The notes: generated by a model not told the origin, from the sequence alone. DNA of 64,000 nt from an uncultured Desulfarculus sp. (GCA_963665125.2 CAXXUK010000001.1:416001-480000), one strand, 5' to 3'; counted from the first letter of the stretch, positions 1 to 10,116 are shown. Translations and numbers: made by a program.

Positions 1-353
1 CGGTCAGGGGCGTTGAAAAGGAAAAAGATTTCGCGGCCATGACCTTTGACGTTGACGAGACCAAGCCGGACAAACCGATAACCAGGATAGTGGCAAAGAT
101 AATATGTCAGGAAGGCCTGGACGCCTCCAAGGAGATCTTCGGCTGGTATGCCCAGACCTATGGGCCGCCAGCCAAGGAGGTCAACAAGATGGACGGCATA
201 ACCAAGTTCGGCTCCATGGAGATGCCCAACGTTTTCTGGCGCATATGGGATATCCAGGGAACCGGCGGCGCTCCGGCCAAGATGAGCATGAAGGTTTCCC
301 GGCGCAATGACTTTGCCTATTACACCATCGACCTGGATTCCAAGGTGCAATAA
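1..353 (+). CDS. Hypothetical protein, 5'-truncated by the window edge
   Basis: Frame of ORF 39..353 is open back to position 3; its TAA overlaps the next ATG (TAATG). Confidence 0.65.
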   Translation, partial: VRGVEKEKDFAAMTFDVDETKPDKPITRIVAKIICQEGLDASKEIFGWYAQTYGPPAKEVNKMDGITKFGSMEMPNVFWRIWDIQGTGGAPAKMSMKVSRRNDFAYYTIDLDSKVQ

Positions 354-1468
354 TGAAGTTCCTGGTCAATCCAGAGATTGTGCGCCGCCTGGCGGCCTTG
401 CTGGGGCTTTTCGCGGCCATCATAACGTACCTGTATCATCCCGCATACATAGTCCAGGTCAAACTGGTCGATCCGCAGAAGATCAGGCAAGGCCCTGGTC
501 AGGCTTCGCCCCGCGAGGTCTCCGGCCCCCATTGGCAGGCCGCGGTGGAAGGCCTGGTCAGCCATGATCAGGGCCATACGCCCGAGCAATGGATGAACAA
601 TCGCAGCGACGACGTGGAAATCGGGGACAAGGAGCTTTATTTCGCGCCTGGCCGGCAGCCCTTTGACTCGGTCGTGCCCCAGCGTAGTGGCGAGGCCTAT
701 CTGGTGTTTGGCCAGGGACCGGAAAGGCTCTGCATCGCCATGGAAAAAATGCGGCCCGGTCGGGCCTTCGACGCCCGGGATGAAATCGTCGCTCCGCTGC
801 GCCTATGGTCGTGGGTCGCCCTGTTGTTGGGCCTGGCCGGTTACATTTTTTTGCCCAAGGCGCGCAAACCCGATGACAGCCTGGGCTACAACCGGCTCTG
901 GGGCACGGTCATCTCCGATGTTTTGGGCCTGGTCATCTGCGGCCTTTGTTTTGCCCTGGTCATTTACCAGGCCGTGAAAGAGGAAAACGGCCTTATGTCG
1001 CTGTTCTACTTCGAACACGGCACGGCAGGGCTGGCCGTGGGCATGTTTTGTCTGAGCACGCTGGGCTTGATAATCATGGCCGTGGGCGCGTGGTACCACA
1101 ACTTCTGGGTGAGCTTTTATTCCGGCGGCATCGAACTGCATAAGCTTTTTGGTGTGACGCGCTTTGCCTACGGCGATATGGAACAGGCCAGGATCGATAT
1201 CATGCCTTTGTCCAAGTTGGCGATGTTCGCCTCGACGGCGGGCGCGGCGGCCGGCAGCGCGAGTTCGGCCGGGCATGCGGTCATGCTCTCGGGCAATGAC
1301 CATTTTGGCCTTGGCATAACCCTGAAAAACGGCCGCACCAAGTGGATCAGACTGCAAAGTTTTCAGTATCCGCGCAAGCTGGTGCGCAGCCTGAAGGACA
1401 ACGGCGTGAAGTTGGATGATGATCTGGAAAAGGTGCTGGAAGAAATAAACGCCGGCCCCGGCGCTTGA
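353..1468 (+). CDS. Hypothetical multi-pass membrane protein
   Basis: 371 aa with about four hydrophobic segments; coupled to the upstream ORF; no family motif recognised. Confidence 0.75.
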   Translation: MKFLVNPEIVRRLAALLGLFAAIITYLYHPAYIVQVKLVDPQKIRQGPGQASPREVSGPHWQAAVEGLVSHDQGHTPEQWMNNRSDDVEIGDKELYFAPGRQPFDSVVPQRSGEAYLVFGQGPERLCIAMEKMRPGRAFDARDEIVAPLRLWSWVALLLGLAGYIFLPKARKPDDSLGYNRLWGTVISDVLGLVICGLCFALVIYQAVKEENGLMSLFYFEHGTAGLAVGMFCLSTLGLIIMAVGAWYHNFWVSFYSGGIELHKLFGVTRFAYGDMEQARIDIMPLSKLAMFASTAGAAAGSASSAGHAVMLSGNDHFGLGITLKNGRTKWIRLQSFQYPRKLVRSLKDNGVKLDDDLEKVLEEINAGPGA

Positions 1469-1493
1469 TTCCGGGACCGGCGTGAAGATAACG

Positions 1494-3074
1494 TCAGGCC
1501 TTTTTGCTCTGATAATCTTTTTGCAGATCCTTTTTGAGGATCTTTCCCACGGGGCTGCGCGGCAGTTCTTCCCGGAACTCCAGGCCGGAGATTTTCTGGG
1601 CCTTGCCCAGGCGCCCGTTGGCCCACTTCAGCAGTTCATCGGAAGAGACGTCCGCTCCCTTTTCGAGGACCACCGAGGCGAACGGCGTCTCGCCCCATTG
1701 CTCGCTGGGCACGCCGTACACCGACACCTCCAGCACATCGGGATGCTCCAAAAGGGCTTTTTCAAGGTCAATCGGGTAGATATTGAAGCCGCCGGAGATG
1801 ATCATGTCCTTTTTGCGGTCTGAAAGGAACAAAAAGCCGTCGTCGTCCAGGTAGCCGACGTCTCCTGAGCGCATGAATATTCTGCCGTCTTCATGATGGT
1901 AAAGTGACTTTTTGGTCTCTTCTTCCTTGTTTTCGTAGCCCTTCATCAGGCTGGGCGCGTAGCCGATGATCTCGCCCGGCGTGTTGGGCGGCAAAATGTT
2001 GCCGTCATCGTCGATGATGAGTATCTCGCAGTTTTCCGAAGGCTGGCCAACCGAGTCGAGCTTGTCCGGGTTTTCCGTGGCGTTGAGCCGGCAACTGACC
2101 CCGCCCTCGGTCATTCCGTAAAATTCGACAAACATGCCGGGAATCAGCTTCAGGATTTTGCGTTTGGTCTCGGCGTGCAGCGGGGCGCTGGTGCAGAGCA
2201 TGCCCACGATGGACGACAGGTCGTATTTGCCGGGGTTTTGCTCCAGTTCCTTGACGATGCGCTCGTATTGCACGGGAACCAGCATGGCGAAGGTGATTTT
2301 CTCCTCGCCGATGAGTTTCAAAAATTCCTGGGTGTTGAATTTTTCCATGATCACGCAGGGTACGCCAAAGCGCATCGACGGCAGCCACGCGGTCAGGGTG
2401 GTGTTGGAGTACAACGGCGTGGTTACGCCGCAGACCATGCCCGGCAGGTCGATCAGCGGGCCGATCCCGTCGAAATAGCCTTTGCGGAATCCGTGTGTGT
2501 GCAGGATGCCCTTGGGCGTGCCCGTGGTGCCCGAACTGTAGATGATGTTGAATTCGTCGTCAGCGCCGATATCGATGGGGTTGTATTCGTCGGAAGCCGC
2601 GTCGGTCCACTTGGCGTAGGAGGCCCAGGGGCCGTCCTCGAAATCAAGGCCGAAGCTGGCCCCCGGCAATAGGATGTCCAATTCCTCCACAAACGGATCA
2701 AGGTTTGAACGCATTTCCTTAGAAACAAAAAGCGCCTTGACGTTGGAGTCCTCCAGCATCAGGCGCAGGGCCTCGGGGCTAACCATGGAGGGCAGAGGCA
2801 CTGCGCAGCCGCCGGCGCATAGACAGCCCAGAAACACCTCGCATATCTCCACCGAGTTGCGCGAGAGCATGCCGACCCGGTCGCCCTTTTTGAATCCCAA
2901 GGCCGCGAGGGCGTTGGCGACCCGGTTGACGCGCTTGGCCAACTGTCCCCAGGTTATTCGCCGGTCTTTATAGACAATGGCGGTCTTGTCCAGGCGGTCC
3001 TTGATGACTTCATGGAATCCGTTGGCGATGTCTTCACCGGGTTGAAATTCAGTGGGTTGAGTCTGCTCGTCCAT
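1494..3074 (-). CDS. Acyl-CoA synthetase / class I adenylate-forming enzyme
   Basis: YSSGTTGTPKG, YGMTE, SGDVGYLD, RKKDMIISGG and GKILK motifs; GGAG upstream of the ATG. Confidence 0.92.
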   Translation of the reverse strand: MDEQTQPTEFQPGEDIANGFHEVIKDRLDKTAIVYKDRRITWGQLAKRVNRVANALAALGFKKGDRVGMLSRNSVEICEVFLGCLCAGGCAVPLPSMVSPEALRLMLEDSNVKALFVSKEMRSNLDPFVEELDILLPGASFGLDFEDGPWASYAKWTDAASDEYNPIDIGADDEFNIIYSSGTTGTPKGILHTHGFRKGYFDGIGPLIDLPGMVCGVTTPLYSNTTLTAWLPSMRFGVPCVIMEKFNTQEFLKLIGEEKITFAMLVPVQYERIVKELEQNPGKYDLSSIVGMLCTSAPLHAETKRKILKLIPGMFVEFYGMTEGGVSCRLNATENPDKLDSVGQPSENCEILIIDDDGNILPPNTPGEIIGYAPSLMKGYENKEEETKKSLYHHEDGRIFMRSGDVGYLDDDGFLFLSDRKKDMIISGGFNIYPIDLEKALLEHPDVLEVSVYGVPSEQWGETPFASVVLEKGADVSSDELLKWANGRLGKAQKISGLEFREELPRSPVGKILKKDLQKDYQSKKA

Positions 3075-3335
3075 GTGCCTCTCCAGGTTTTGGCCTTACG
3101 CGTTGACAAAGGGTGAAATCGGCTTCCTCGGATAACCGGTTTGTTTAGGAGCGAACCAATGATTTTCCCAAAAAACAATGTTTTGCAAGGCCCGTACCAA
3201 TATCCCAAAATGTGAAATATTAATAAGATAAAGGTGTTAGTGGATGTGTCGGTGGGGCTGGAGATTGCGATTGGTTAAATATCAACAATGGTATCGCAAT
3301 AAAGAAAAAGCGACACAGCGTAAGGTATTATGGCT

Positions 3336-3659
3336 TTACAATCCGATGATCTTGCAGGCGGACATGCCCTGCCATTCACTGAGCGGCTTTTCCGAGGTGA
3401 TGACAAAGCCCTGGTTCCAGCTTTTTTCAACGTAGTCGATGTCAATGAGTCCGCAGGTGGCGGCGGTGTGCCCGTCAACCAGCAGGTTGATCCCATCGAC
3501 AACCAGCGTTTGGTCTTCCGTCTCGGGTTTGTCGATCAAAAGGGCCAGCACCGGATCGCAGCAACCGGCCGATTGCAGGCGCACCCGCAGGTGCATGTTT
3601 TCCGGGTCGGCTATCTGTTGCCTGATGGCCTGTATGGCTTTTTCCGTGAGTGTGATCAT
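3336..3659 (-). CDS. IscA/HesB-like (A-type carrier fold) protein
   Basis: MITLTEKA start, LRVRLQSAGCC motif, D...VDGINLLVD and IDYV...GF pattern; start re-called at ATG 3659. Confidence 0.75.
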   Translation of the reverse strand: MITLTEKAIQAIRQQIADPENMHLRVRLQSAGCCDPVLALLIDKPETEDQTLVVDGINLLVDGHTAATCGLIDIDYVEKSWNQGFVITSEKPLSEWQGMSACKIIGL

Positions 3660-3721
3660 CTTGTCTTCGGACCTTGGTGGGCCCCCGGCCCGTACGGGCC
3701 GGGGGCGGTTATTACTTAATA

Positions 3722-6379
3722 CTAATATGCCTCGGTATACAGGTTGAAGACCTCTTCGGGGTTGCCTGTTTGCCTGGCGTTGAAGATCGATGCCGCGTCG
3801 CCCAGGGCGTGGAAGGCGCAATTCAGCAGCCCATCCTCGGGCACTCCCACTTCCCGCAGGCCCATGGGGTGGCCGATCTGCTTCATCAGGGCCTCCACCG
3901 CGTCGGCCGCGGCCAGGGCGGCGTCCCGGGGCTCCATGTCAAAGGTGTTGACGCCAAGGGCCTGGGCGATCTGCACCAGCTTGTCCGTGGCGTGGTCCAC
4001 GTTGAAGCGCATCACCTTGGGCAGCATGATGCCGCAAGCCGCGCCGTGGGGCACGTTGTAGAGGATGCCCACCGTGTGGGCCATGGCATGGGCCAGGCCG
4101 ACCTGGGCCACGCTGAAGGCCCACCCGGCCATGGTGGAGGCAACCTGCATGTTGGAGCGGGCTTTTTCGTCGCCGGGGTTGGCGATGACCTTGGGCAGGT
4201 TCTCCTTGATCATGCGGATGGCGTGCAGGGCCTGGCCGTCGCAAACCGCGTTGGCCAGGATGCTGGTGCAGGCCTCCACGGCGTGGGTCAGGGCGTCCAT
4301 GGCCGTGGTGGCCGTCAGGCCCTTGGGCAGGCCCACGGTGAAGGCCGGGTCCAGGATGGCCACGTCCGGGGCAATGAACGGATCGACAAGGAAGACCTTG
4401 CGTCCGGCGTTCTGGCTCTTGATAACGGCCACGGTGGTCACTTCGCTGCCCGTGCCCGAGGTGGTGGGCACCACGATGTGCGGCGTCACCGGTCCCTGGA
4501 GGCGCTGGATGGCCACGTGTTCGTTGGCGCTGCCGCCCAGTTCCAGGGTCACCGCCACCACCTTGGCCGTGTCGATGACGCTGCCGCCGCCCACGCTGAC
4601 GATACAGTCGGCGCCGGCCAGGCGGCAGGCGGTCACGGCCGCGTCAACTGTTTGCAGGTCGGTGTCCTGGGCGATGTCGTCGAAGGTCCCGGCATACAGC
4701 GGCCCAAGGGCCTTGCGGGCCTTGGAGGCCAGTCCGGCGTCGCGCACGCCGGGGTCGGTGAGGATCATGGCCCGGCTGGCGCCCAGGCGGGTCACTTCGT
4801 TGATCAGGCCGTTGATGCTGCCGTGGCCCGAGTTGACCTTGGTGGTGCCCTGATAGCTGAACGACGAGGTGTTGGGGTAGTCGAACATGATCTGCAGGCC
4901 CAGGCTGGCCTCGCGGTCGCCGTTGGCCGCCATGGACACCCGCTTGACCTCGGTGTACTCCTCCAGGCCGCCGACGCCGAATTCCCGGCCCACGCCGGAC
5001 TGCTTGTAGCCGCCGAACGGGCAGAAGTCGCCGAAGGAGTGATATTCGTTGACCCACATGGTGCCGGTCTTGACGCCGTGGGCCACCTTTTCGGCCCGGC
5101 TCATGTCCGTGGTGAAGACACCTCCCCCCAACCCGTAGAGCGAATCATTGGCCAAGGCGATGGCCTCTTCATCGGTGTCGAACTTCATCACGCAGACCAC
5201 CGGCCCGAAGATCTCTTCCTGGGCGATGCGCATCTTGTTGTCCACGTCCACGAAGATGGTGGGCTTGTAATAGTAGCCGGCCAGGCCTTCTACCTCGGCC
5301 CGCTCGCCGCCGGTGATGACCCGGGCGCCTTGCTCCTTGCCCAGCTTGACGTAGTTTTCCACCGTGGCCAGTTGCTGCTCGCTGACCAGGGGACCCATCT
5401 GGGAGTTGAAATCGGCCTGATAGCCCACCCGGATGCCCTCGGCCCTGACCTTCATGCGCTCGATGAATTCATCGTAGATGCTCGACTGCACCAAAACCCT
5501 GGTGCCTGATTCGCAGATCTGGCCCTGATGCAGGAAGGTGCCATAGATTGCGTTGTCCACGGCAAAGTCCAAATCCGTGTCGTCCAGGATGATATTGGCC
5601 GACTTGCCTCCCAACTCCAGGGTGACCTTTTTGACCGTGTCGGCGGCCATGCGCATGATGGCGCTGCCCACCTCGGTGCTGCCGGTAAAGGCGATCTTGT
5701 CCACCTCGCGGTGGGTGCACAGCACCTGGCCCAGGGCGGCGCCGGGGCCGGTGATGACGTTGATCACGCCCGCGGGAATGCCGGCGGCCTGGGCGGCCTC
5801 GGCTACGATCAGGGCCGTCAGCGGGGTCTGGGTGGCCGGTTTGAGTACGATTGAGTTGCCCATGGTCACGGCATGGGCGATCTTCCACACGGCCATTTGC
5901 AGGGGGAAGTTCCAGGGGATGATGCCCACGCAAACGCCGATGGGCTCCCGGCGGATGTAGTTGCGGCCGGGGAAGAAGGGGTTGCCGGTGTAGGGGATGT
6001 CCTCATACCAGGGAAAATCATTGGTGGCGGCGTAGGAAAGGTTGCGGCACATGCCCGAAAGGGTGATGGGTTCGTATTTGGTGCGGCCGATTACGCCGCC
6101 GGAGTCCATGGACTCGGTAAGGGCCAGGCGCACGCCCTGGTTGTTGAGGTGATCGGCGAAGTTCATCATCTTTTCGGCGCGCTGGGCCGGCTCCAGGGCG
6201 CTCCACACGCCGCTGTCAAAGGCTTTGCGGGCGGCCATGATCGCCGCCTCGGCATCGGCGACCCCCGCCTGGGCCACGGTGGCGATGGGCAGACCCATGC
6301 CCGGGTCAATGGTCTCGAATTTGGCCCCGTCTTTGGCCTCCACGAATTCGCCATTAATAAACAGCTTGTAATGATCCAC
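3722..6379 (-). CDS. Fused NAD-dependent aldehyde dehydrogenase (N-term) and iron-containing alcohol dehydrogenase (C-term)
   Basis: ALDH motifs PWNFP, FTGSTEVG, ELGGKS, GQIC, EEIFGPV, PFGGYKQSG; Fe-ADH motifs GGGSVID, PTTSGTGSE, DALTHAVE, HAMAH, HG. Confidence 0.92.
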   Translation of the reverse strand: MDHYKLFINGEFVEAKDGAKFETIDPGMGLPIATVAQAGVADAEAAIMAARKAFDSGVWSALEPAQRAEKMMNFADHLNNQGVRLALTESMDSGGVIGRTKYEPITLSGMCRNLSYAATNDFPWYEDIPYTGNPFFPGRNYIRREPIGVCVGIIPWNFPLQMAVWKIAHAVTMGNSIVLKPATQTPLTALIVAEAAQAAGIPAGVINVITGPGAALGQVLCTHREVDKIAFTGSTEVGSAIMRMAADTVKKVTLELGGKSANIILDDTDLDFAVDNAIYGTFLHQGQICESGTRVLVQSSIYDEFIERMKVRAEGIRVGYQADFNSQMGPLVSEQQLATVENYVKLGKEQGARVITGGERAEVEGLAGYYYKPTIFVDVDNKMRIAQEEIFGPVVCVMKFDTDEEAIALANDSLYGLGGGVFTTDMSRAEKVAHGVKTGTMWVNEYHSFGDFCPFGGYKQSGVGREFGVGGLEEYTEVKRVSMAANGDREASLGLQIMFDYPNTSSFSYQGTTKVNSGHGSINGLINEVTRLGASRAMILTDPGVRDAGLASKARKALGPLYAGTFDDIAQDTDLQTVDAAVTACRLAGADCIVSVGGGSVIDTAKVVAVTLELGGSANEHVAIQRLQGPVTPHIVVPTTSGTGSEVTTVAVIKSQNAGRKVFLVDPFIAPDVAILDPAFTVGLPKGLTATTAMDALTHAVEACTSILANAVCDGQALHAIRMIKENLPKVIANPGDEKARSNMQVASTMAGWAFSVAQVGLAHAMAHTVGILYNVPHGAACGIMLPKVMRFNVDHATDKLVQIAQALGVNTFDMEPRDAALAAADAVEALMKQIGHPMGLREVGVPEDGLLNCAFHALGDAASIFNARQTGNPEEVFNLYTEAY

Positions 6380-6513
6380 TGGAACCTCCCTACGGCTAAA
6401 AATGTGTCAATTTTGGACAGAAGTTGAATTTGCCTGAATTGGTTGAACGGTCTATTAAATGACTATGCAAAATTGGGTTGATATAATTCAAATTAAAAAA
6501 ATTCTAAAAATTA

Positions 6514-6528
6514 ATAACTTTTTGTAAT
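6514..6528. promoter_or_regulatory. Putative LysR-type T-N11-A recognition site
   Basis: ATAAC-TTTTT-GTAAT imperfect dyad in the AT-rich gap between the divergent lysR and ALDH-ADH genes. Confidence 0.45.
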
Positions 6529-6591
6529 AATGGCGCGGTTGAAAAGGTAATTACGCAACTACGAAACAACACTACGCAGACAAGGATTCTT

Positions 6592-7539
6592 ATGCTTGGG
6601 GTTCGTTCATTAAAGCATGTGGCCACGCTGGCCAAATACGGCAACTACCGGCGGGCTGCCGAAGCCCTCTACATCACCCAGCCCGCTCTGACCAAAAGCA
6701 TCCAAAAATTGGAGGAATATTTCGGTGTACCGCTGTTTGAGCGGGGCGCCGAAGGAACCGTGCCCACGGTCTTCGGCACGACCCTGGTGGACGCCGCCGA
6801 GCGCTATCTGCCGGGCATCGAGGAGGTGGAGAACGAAATCAACCTGCTCAAGGGTCTGGGCAAGGGTCAGCTTAAAATCGGTTGCGACCCTTTTTTCGCG
6901 GAGGTGTGCATGGCTCCGGTCCTTGGCTCGCTGCTTCGCAAACATCCGAATCTACGCATCCGGGCCGAGGTCATCGCCTGGGACGTGATTTTGGAGTTGC
7001 TCAGGGACCGCCAACTGGATCTGGTCATTGGCGCGCCGGAAAACGCCATGGACGACAGGCTGTGCTATGTCAAAGTTATCGGTTTTCCGGAGATCGTCTA
7101 TTTCTGCCGCCCCGGCCATCCCCTTTTGGAAAACGCCCCGGCCGACTGGATGGAGACCCTCAAATACCCGGCGGTTTCCATAAAGACCCATGACTGGTGG
7201 CTTGAATGGTTTGCCGAATCCATAGGCGTCAGTGTGGAAGACGATGTGGTGATCCAGCGAAGTTTTGTCCAATGCGACAATCTAAGTGTGCTCAACACCA
7301 TCGTCAGAAACAGCGATTGCGTCAGCGGCTGCGCCAGGCCGGTGATTGAGCGGGAGTTGGAGGAGGGCACCCTGTGTGAAGTGCCTGCCGATTTGCCGCC
7401 ATATCCGGAGTTGAGCTATTGCCTGGCCTTTCACGGCAACCGCGCCCTGCCGCCGGCATTGCAGGTGCTCATAGATGAACTGATAGCGCATGCGCGGGGA
7501 AATGGCTATGAGATCGACTATGAACACAGCGGCCTATAG
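6592..7539 (+). CDS. LysR-family transcriptional regulator
   Basis: N-terminal HTH AAEALYITQPALTKSIQKLEE..G..LFER; 315 aa; divergent from the catabolic genes. Confidence 0.95.
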   Translation: MLGVRSLKHVATLAKYGNYRRAAEALYITQPALTKSIQKLEEYFGVPLFERGAEGTVPTVFGTTLVDAAERYLPGIEEVENEINLLKGLGKGQLKIGCDPFFAEVCMAPVLGSLLRKHPNLRIRAEVIAWDVILELLRDRQLDLVIGAPENAMDDRLCYVKVIGFPEIVYFCRPGHPLLENAPADWMETLKYPAVSIKTHDWWLEWFAESIGVSVEDDVVIQRSFVQCDNLSVLNTIVRNSDCVSGCARPVIERELEEGTLCEVPADLPPYPELSYCLAFHGNRALPPALQVLIDELIAHARGNGYEIDYEHSGL

Positions 7540-7672
7540 ACGGCAAATCGGTTTGGCCGGACTTGGTTGATTGATTTTGCCGCAAGGGATGAAGCGGGAC
7601 GGGAAATGCTCTATCGGGGTGTGTTATCGTGGGGCGGTTGGTTATCCGAGAACCTGACGGGAGAGGGGTGTC

Positions 7673-8641
7673 ATGGCTAAATCAGGGGGCAAGGGACTTT
7701 GGACCAAGATCGTATTATTCCTGGTTTTGGTTTTGATCGCGGCGGGCATAGCGGCGTATTGGCTGGCCCCGAACATGGAGCAAAAAGACATCGACCAACT
7801 CCGGGCAAACCTGCCGGGCAAGTCGGCCAAGCTCAGCGACGGCTACACCTGGTACCAGTGGGCCGGGCCGCCCGACGGGCCGCCCGTGGTTATGGTCCAC
7901 GGTTTTTCCACGCCTTCGTTCATCTGGCTAAAAAACGTCGGCGCCTTGGCAAAGGCGGGTTTCCATGTGCTGTTCTATGACCTCTATGGCCGGGGGCGTT
8001 CATCAAGACCCGATGTGGCCTATGATGTCGACCTGTTCGACCGCCAATTGGATGAGCTGATCAAGGACCAGGGCATAGACAAACCGGTAAACCTCGTGGG
8101 GCTTTCCATGGGCGGGGCCATCTCAACCATCTATGCGGCCAAGCGGCCGGACAAGGTGGCCAGCCTGAGCCTGGTGGACCCGGCGGGATACCCGGTGGTG
8201 GTGCCGTTCACCGGCAAGTTGGTGCGGGTGCCAGGCCTGGGCGAATACCTGATGACGGTAATCGGCGACACGACGCTGGTGCAGGGTGCGGGCAAGTCGC
8301 TGTACAACAAGGACATGGTGCCGGAAATGCGCCAGATGTTCAAGGATCAGATGCAATACTATGGTTTCAAGCGCGCCATCCTGCGCACCCTGCGTGATTA
8401 TGATTTTTCGAACCAGGCCTGGGCCTTCGAGGCGGTGGGCAAGACCAAGATTCCGGTGCTGCTGTTCTGGGGCGAGGAAGATCAGGTCATACCCTATGAC
8501 CGCAGCGAAAAGGTGCGCTCAGCCATACCCCAGACCAAATTCGTCTCAGTGGCCGGGGCCGGTCATATCCCCCAATACGAAAAGCCCGATGTGGTCAACC
8601 CGGCCCTGATCGCCTTTATCGAGGAGGCGGAAAAGCGCTAG
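7673..8641 (+). CDS. Membrane-anchored alpha/beta hydrolase (esterase/lipase-like)
   Basis: N-terminal TM helix; HGF, GLSMGG nucleophile elbow, WGEED and AGH motifs. Confidence 0.9.
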   Translation: MAKSGGKGLWTKIVLFLVLVLIAAGIAAYWLAPNMEQKDIDQLRANLPGKSAKLSDGYTWYQWAGPPDGPPVVMVHGFSTPSFIWLKNVGALAKAGFHVLFYDLYGRGRSSRPDVAYDVDLFDRQLDELIKDQGIDKPVNLVGLSMGGAISTIYAAKRPDKVASLSLVDPAGYPVVVPFTGKLVRVPGLGEYLMTVIGDTTLVQGAGKSLYNKDMVPEMRQMFKDQMQYYGFKRAILRTLRDYDFSNQAWAFEAVGKTKIPVLLFWGEEDQVIPYDRSEKVRSAIPQTKFVSVAGAGHIPQYEKPDVVNPALIAFIEEAEKR

Positions 8642-8809
8642 CCGTTGGCGTGTGGGGCCCGGAAGGCTACAAAACATAGTTAATAAAACAGAACGCTGTT
8701 CGTTATTTTGTGGAATATGGCGCCCCAGCGTTGATACAATCGCCTTGGATGATGCGCGGCAGCGCAATGCGGCAGCATAAATAGTATCAATGACTGACAG
8801 GAGGGCTGT

Positions 8810-10090
8810 ATGTCATTCCACGATTTTCTGCTGGACCCGGTGGCCAAGGCCCTGGCGGACGAGACCCGTGAATTTGTCAAAAACGATATAGACGCCGATT
8901 ACCTGCGGGCCATGGACCGGGACGAGGTCCAGTTCCCCCGGGAGATCTATGAGCAATACGGCAAGAAAAATCTCCTGGGCATCCGCTTTCCCAAGGAGTA
9001 CGGCGGCAGGGGCCTCAACTGGGTGGCCGACATCGCCGCCCAGGCCGAGATCGGCTGCCTGGGTTCGGCCCTGGGCTGCGCCTTTGTCATGCCCAGCATT
9101 GTCGGCGAGGCCCTGAACAAGTTCGGCACCGAGGAGCAGAAGCAAAAATTCCTCAAGCCCATGCTGGCCGGTGAACTGGTTAGCGCCGAGGCCCTCACCG
9201 AACCCAGGGGCGGCTCGGACTTTTTCGGGGCCACCAGCAAGGCCGAAGACAAGGGCGACCACTTCCTGGTAAACGGGGCCAAGCGTTTCGTGGTGGGCGC
9301 CGAGGGCGCGGATTTCTTCCTGGTCTACGCGCGCAGCAACTTCGCGCCCGACGCCGACCCGTATCAGCAGATCAGCACATTGATCATCGAGCGGGGGCCT
9401 GGCGTGGAGGTCAGCTACCTCTATGGCCTGCTGGGCTCCCGGGGCGGCGGCACCGGCCGGGTCACCTTCCGCAACGTCAAGGTGCCCAAGGAAAACCTGG
9501 TGGGGCCGCTGCACGGCGGGGCCCTGGTCTTCCATACGATGATGGTGCCCGAGCGCCTGTGCAGCGCGGCCCCGGCCATCGGCGGCATGCGCGCGGCCAT
9601 CAACGTTGCGGCCCGCTACTCCAGCCGGCGCAAGGCCTTTGGTAAAAAAATCATGAAATTCCAGGCCGTCAACGGAATGCTGGCCAGGGCCGTGACCCTG
9701 ATGGACGCCAGCGCCGGGCTGGTCTATCAGGCGGCCATAGCCGCCGACCGCGACGAGCCCACCCTGCGCCGTGTGGTCAGCGAGGCCAAGCGCTTCGCCA
9801 CCGACAGCCAGTGGGAAATTGCCAACCTGGCCATGCAGATCATGGGCGGCATCGGCTACACCGACATCTTCCCGGTGGAGAAATTCGTGCGCGACGCCCG
9901 GCTCTGCCAGATCTGGACCGGCACCAATCAGATCATGGACCTGCTGATTCAGCACGAGTTCTACAAGGAGGTCCTGGGTGAGGGGGCCAAATACCGCGAT
10001 TACGAGGGCGACGCCATGAACGCCCAGGACGACCAGGAAAAGATTTTCGACGACGAGCAGATGTGGAAGGTCTTCGAGCAGGCCAAATAG
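8810..10090 (+). CDS. Acyl-CoA dehydrogenase
   Basis: ALTEPRGGSD, NGAKRF, RKAFGK, QIMGGIGY, RDARLCQIWTGTNQI. Confidence 0.95.
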   Translation: MSFHDFLLDPVAKALADETREFVKNDIDADYLRAMDRDEVQFPREIYEQYGKKNLLGIRFPKEYGGRGLNWVADIAAQAEIGCLGSALGCAFVMPSIVGEALNKFGTEEQKQKFLKPMLAGELVSAEALTEPRGGSDFFGATSKAEDKGDHFLVNGAKRFVVGAEGADFFLVYARSNFAPDADPYQQISTLIIERGPGVEVSYLYGLLGSRGGGTGRVTFRNVKVPKENLVGPLHGGALVFHTMMVPERLCSAAPAIGGMRAAINVAARYSSRRKAFGKKIMKFQAVNGMLARAVTLMDASAGLVYQAAIAADRDEPTLRRVVSEAKRFATDSQWEIANLAMQIMGGIGYTDIFPVEKFVRDARLCQIWTGTNQIMDLLIQHEFYKEVLGEGAKYRDYEGDAMNAQDDQEKIFDDEQMWKVFEQAK

Positions 10091-10116
10091 CCCGTCCCGG
10101 AACACCGGCGGCAAAC

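Noticed and set aside
3674..5509. 611-aa plus-strand ORF and other long antisense ORFs (8813-10114, 24134-26086, 36505-38172, 41229-42968, 55332-56810, 57481-59595)
   Set aside because: They lie opposite well-supported genes, carry no motifs, and are the expected shadows of high-GC codon usage.
3722..6379. Calling the fusion adhE
   Set aside because: The ALDH half has non-acylating family motifs (PWNFP, ELGGKS, PFGGYKQSG), not those of AdhE.
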